Source: Terrimicrobiaceae bacterium (lineage in GTDB: Bacteria; Verrucomicrobiota; Verrucomicrobiia; Chthoniobacterales; Terrimicrobiaceae). From it: a DNA stretch of 64,000 bases. Within the stretch, counting starts at the first letter, position 1; each line of letters begins with the position of its first letter. The stretch covers positions 1 to 64,000 of the forward strand of contig JBIIPZ010000003.1 of NCBI GenBank assembly GCA_044342325.1. The letters run 5' to 3'. Of this stretch, positions 61,701-64,000 are shown one piece after another. The position numbers and the translations under genes are program-made. The notes under the pieces are model-generated. The model was not told the DNA's origin. It saw nothing but the letters and a program-made list of their open reading frames with translations, and made no database searches.

Positions 61701-64000
61701 CGCCTCTCTCTCGAAGGAACAGTCCTCTCCCCCAGCGTTGTCGGAGGTCGAGGCGCGCGCGTGGACATAGGGAGTGATGCTAATATATATATCATTGGTG
61801 GAGAAGGAACAGCTCCGGGAGGAATCTCCGCCATTCTCTCAACGCCGATCCTGAACTCCTGGAAAGCGGACAGCCTATTCATTGGCGGTCTCCGTGAAAA
61901 ATCCTCCACTGGAACGACTGCCAGCATCCGGACCAATTCGATCACTGTTGCCAATGCCGGGGATACTCTCGAGGCACCAGAAATCACCTTGGCATCAAAG
62001 TCCAGCATCACCCTCTATGCCGGTTCCTCTCTCGCAAGCTCCGCACCTCCTTCGACTTCAGCTGAAAACATAGCCATCGCGGGCGATGGAAGTCTCCTGC
62101 GGGTTTCAGGGGATTCCTCCGCCTCCATCACTCGCACAGGCGCAACCTCCTCCTCGGCACCATCACTTTCCATCGGGGCCAATGCCCGCATTACAGGAAA
62201 AGGAGTGATATTGGATTCGACGAACGCCTCGATTATTGCCCCATCGTTGAACCTGGCAGCCTCGGCCCTTACTCTCGGAAGCGGTCAAATCAGCGTTCTT
62301 TTCGAGCCACAGCCCACCGGATTGGCGGGTTCTGTAGTAAACAATCATCTAACTCTTCAAGGCGATTTCCTGAGAAACGCCTTTGCCTCGAATGCACTCA
62401 CGCTACAAAGCTACCGCACGATCGACGTGTATGGCTCCGCAGCGTCCACTCATCAACTAAACTCGCTCAAACTGCTCTCTTCCGGTGTCCGTGGCTACAC
62501 ATCCGCAGGCACAAACATCCAACTCAACGCATCGGATGTCCTCTTCTCCAATCCGAACAGCGCTGCTGGACTTGCCAATCCCAGCACCAACACGGGGCTC
62601 CTTGCCATCACAGCACAGAACATCCGCTTCGGGGAGAACGGATTTGCAATCGCCGGATTCAACTCTCTTGATCTGGCATCAACCAACGGTGCCAAAGCCG
62701 ACTCCAAGGGGTCGTTCTCGACAACAGGAAGTCTTTCGCTCTCCACTCCGCTTCTGACAGCCTCCCAAGGTATATCCTACAGCCTCACGGCATCTTCTGC
62801 GTTATCGATGCTCGCATCAGGCCATTCCTCAACCATCACTCCGGGTCTTGGAGCAACGCTAAATCTCGCAGGTTCCTCGGTGAGTTTAGCGTCAAATATA
62901 GCTCTACCAAGCGGCTCACTCATTGCAACCGCCTCATCGGGAGACATCATTGTTTCAGGAACCCTGATGGCAGAGGGAACTGCGAAAAATTTTTATGATG
63001 TGACCCGATTTACCGATGCAGGAGCCATCGAGTTGAACGCCAAGGCCGGTAAAGTGACACTCGCCAACGGCAGTCGTGTTTCGGTCGCCGCTTCTTCCGC
63101 AGGCGGCAACGCAGGTTCGCTGACTATCAAATCTCCGAGCGGAATTTTTGTGAATGATGGGCTCATCTCCGGTGCCGCAGGTCTCGCCGGACTCGCTGGC
63201 ACATTCTCACTCGATGCAGGAACAATCGCCTCATTTGCCGATCTTTCAACCGATCTTGCCTCATCCGGCTTCAGCCGCGAACAAAACCTGCGAGTGCGCA
63301 ATGGCGATATAGCAATTGATCAAAATCTGACCGTTCAGAAATTCACCCTTTCCACAGATAATGGCGGAATTGTTGTGAATGCTCGCATTGACGCATCAGG
63401 TCAGACTGGTGGTCGGATCGAACTCATTGCGCGGAACAATCTAACCCTTTCGCCAACTGGAAGCCTGACCGTGGCGGCCCAGCGCTTCAGCAATGCCGGA
63501 AAAGGTGGCCACATCCACCTGGAGGCAGGCTCGGCGGTCAATGGATCTCCAAACACCGCCGCCCTCCTCGATCTCCAATCTGGTTCTAACATCAACCTCT
63601 CAGTCTCCGAGTTCGTCGCGGGCGATTACCTCACCGCCGGGTCCAGCGCCTTCAGCGGCAAATTCCAAGGAACCCTCCACCTCCGCGCTCCACGAAGCGG
63701 CAACGATGTCCGCATCGACCGGATAGACTCCACCATCACCGGAGCCTCAGCCATCTCGGTGGAACCATTCCGAGTCTACGAACCGGCTGGCGGCACCATG
63801 AACATTGTCTTGAGGAATACTATCAACACAGACAACACCTCGTTCATGAACGCTGGCGAAGCTGCGATGCTTGCCCGTCTTCTCCCCAGTGGGAGCACAT
63901 TGGGAAGCGCTCTAGCCATCACTCCAGGTGTTGAAATCCTCAACCGCACCGGCGACCTCACTCTAGGCCTGGCCAACAACTCAAACGCAGGAAGCACCAA
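55725..64000 (+). CDS. Giant filamentous-haemagglutinin-family exoprotein (TpsA), at least 2758 aa, 3' end outside the window
   Basis: Manual translation from ATG 55725: extended signal peptide, then a TPS domain (KQTAAQALLHWRTFNVG...GQVYIINQNGIVFGAGSQVN). The same frame reads as protein where spot-checked (57156, 60960, 63960). No ORF-track entry lies in this frame, consistent with one uninterrupted ORF. Confidence 0.9.
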   Translation, partial: MLKTGHRTKYHLRAFEFLAARRRSRAVLTCTLLASFLATMPTAGLQAGDILRGGASGGNAKRNSEARANAGAAAAEAAKVRAQDRLARTTKAVNDMRALQASARAAAAANTIPNGLIEGGLNPIVGGTWTGANPATASGNNVNIKQTAAQALLHWRTFNVGSQTTLNFDQSAGGADSGKWIAFNKVFDPDAKPSQIRGKINAQGQVYIINQNGIVFGAGSQVNARTLVASALPINDNLVANGLLNNRNAEFLFSKDFANDPTATFGDIVVERGALLSSPEGEGGNGGRIMLLGANVRNAGEISTPSGQSILAAGLQVGVAAHAESDPSLRGLDVWVGDVGSYGGTVANSGLVESQRGSIVAVGKQITQSGALESSTSVNLNGRIDLLASYGAVGFPGYDSSFQPPFLNRSTGIVEFSSGSTTRILPDFSSNKKIPGTKLAQSSQVNIEGLGIHFAGGSSLIATAGAVGIRAGIWPFVDTNNDGIVTNATEASQQISNGRQRFLLSGGQVNIASSALLDASGTMDAFVPLANNFLAVQLRGSELADSPLQRSGGLRGKPLLVDLRRSGSYGGRGWIGTPLGDLTGFANITERDIAQLTTHGGSISISAGDSVSAATGATIDVSGGYFTHEGGAVRTSRLLRDANIVDMHNATPDVEYDGVYDGLSTFGSSKWGATETYTHPLAPLGGGNERSHVEGAAAGTLSITAPKMALAAELLGQSITGPRQQLLPAAQGTLQIKFQGETKFSTGGSNFVFLNQSPASPNVVFTNNSPSAAPFDFKVVDGTPTEMPFSAGATFAVSSDWWEEEEGGFGNIEIENTEGDITVPSSNPLALPAGGSLKIAGRNISVNSNVSAPGGSILMTAYNYTPMAYARAAAEGLFQNVAAPAAIAGQGTVRVAKGVYLDVAGQFADERPSSINPYQNKVLLSGGTVSLTGYSVLLEPGSLVDASGGVRGRPSGKFQYGNGGSISILAGKDPSLSTTTGGKLQLDGTLQAYSVAKGGSLSLQANTVQIGGTSAPEGTFFLQPDFFRKGGFTNYSVQGIGARATDGSYVPGVKVVSGTVIEPVAEQWRHLPMADAKKLSNAIARLGDQESAQTASILAEAGSYSDLSSLGFRRMGMDALFPVLLPEGLRQPASLTLSASGYDDAFTEDRVEALGIVDFQEEAKILTDAGATVRMSGDFVRVAGEISAPGGTIEITGRSSFRLPQTTVASFALPTVHLTPSAKLSVAGKTVQLDDPYTWNAGIIHPGGTIKISGNILAESGSLLDASGTSAVLDFHPSRLDPELVGKAPANSGLNSAPWQRQAVAVRVDSDGGRIELSGSQFLYADSTLLAKAGGETAVGGTLSVSSGRFYASGESRTGADTNLFLAASGQASRIASTSTLSNISSGLLASSTPDAYLASTLLSATTGSQGVGFFAMDRFISGGFDFLDLGFKYFKDASPIPYGGNLEFLESVSINAKGAVRLAGGGVIRSTFPVSVSAPYVAIGQEFLAPLNPADPYQPFREFNAGTGGTPSYNFAPSLGDGSLTVSAKLIDIGTLVTRGISNTKFTSEGDIRGNGIVSVAGKLSFQAAQMYPTTGSRFDVFAYDSGATKGSISVTSTSTPSLPLSAGGRLRMFADSIQIAGNLRAPMGSIVLGWDGTASSKPENIVVGSTATLSATSSLSLAKGASISVSGVDPTTGTEILVPYGISPDGLTWIDPRGVDITVSGLPDRGVSLAGNSVAMDSSATIDLRGGGDLLAYRWIPGIGGSADPLGTATRSWSSGSEYNAGDLVSHSGKTWSARRDIDPTDFTSSPTPSESVYWSLVPESYAVLPGTALNFSPFNPFNSGVNSGSLSGDPGFVSSSLRVGEQVELPASSGLAAGSHTLLPRRYAILPGAFLVVPQSGSLTNTSAVRSTRSPGALKSAPSNTQAVEMAEGSRFVSGRTLNGLTSTTETSPVLSRFEVVPPTVIADRVQFDTYKANEFLAAAAARLDLPETQMLPKDSAPLHIQGNHRLSLEGTVLSPSVVGGRGARVDIGSDANIYIIGGEGTAPGGISAILSTPILNSWKADSLFIGGLREKSSTGTTASIRTNSITVANAGDTLEAPEITLASKSSITLYAGSSLASSAPPSTSAENIAIAGDGSLLRVSGDSSASITRTGATSSSAPSLSIGANARITGKGVILDSTNASIIAPSLNLAASALTLGSGQISVLFEPQPTGLAGSVVNNHLTLQGDFLRNAFASNALTLQSYRTIDVYGSAASTHQLNSLKLLSSGVRGYTSAGTNIQLNASDVLFSNPNSAAGLANPSTNTGLLAITAQNIRFGENGFAIAGFNSLDLASTNGAKADSKGSFSTTGSLSLSTPLLTASQGISYSLTASSALSMLASGHSSTITPGLGATLNLAGSSVSLASNIALPSGSLIATASSGDIIVSGTLMAEGTAKNFYDVTRFTDAGAIELNAKAGKVTLANGSRVSVAASSAGGNAGSLTIKSPSGIFVNDGLISGAAGLAGLAGTFSLDAGTIASFADLSTDLASSGFSREQNLRVRNGDIAIDQNLTVQKFTLSTDNGGIVVNARIDASGQTGGRIELIARNNLTLSPTGSLTVAAQRFSNAGKGGHIHLEAGSAVNGSPNTAALLDLQSGSNINLSVSEFVAGDYLTAGSSAFSGKFQGTLHLRAPRSGNDVRIDRIDSTITGASAISVEPFRVYEPAGGTMNIVLRNTINTDNTSFMNAGEAAMLARLLPSGSTLGSALAITPGVEILNRTGDLTLGLANNSNAGST

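Noticed and set aside
55725..64000. Reading the many short ORFs as a pseudogenised or non-coding region, or as a CDI toxin locus
   Set aside because: All listed short ORFs are in other frames or antisense, and one frame appears open to the edge. No VENN-type toxin tip or immunity gene is visible because the C-terminus lies outside the window.

Overview
64 kb of GC-rich bacterial chromosome; gene content and fusions suggest a Verrucomicrobiota (Spartobacteria/Chthoniobacterales-like) organism (inference). Bases 1-46.7 kb are mostly housekeeping: an edge-truncated Rpn/YhgA-like nuclease, a NUDIX hydrolase, nuoI-N only, TPR proteins, mlaEFD, an LMW-phosphatase::GlyA fusion, aroK, an M24 peptidase, prfC, an ExbB/ExbD/TonB(TolA)-type set, trmB, a regulator plus NahK/GalE-like sugar operon, purB, ligA, an amino-acid ABC transporter, proC, a D-Ala-D-Ala carboxypeptidase, a UvrD-like helicase, a ParE-type toxin-antitoxin pair, leuS and tRNA-Glu(CTC). 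After the tRNA lies the most interesting locus. It is a co-oriented cluster of TpsB (ShlB/FhaC) translocator, DUF2341-LamG-ExbB fusion, ExbD, TonB-like protein, large putative porin, coiled-coil protein and parvulin-type chaperone, followed by a giant (>2750 aa, runs off the window, absent from the ORF track) filamentous-haemagglutinin-type exoprotein carrying a CBM5/12-like insertion. Its two promoter regions share 11-bp-period GTnAC repeats resembling Pho boxes. It looks like a two-partner secretion system with its own proton-motive-force motor. No CRISPR array, rRNA or integrase was seen. All calls come from reading motifs by eye; no searches were run.
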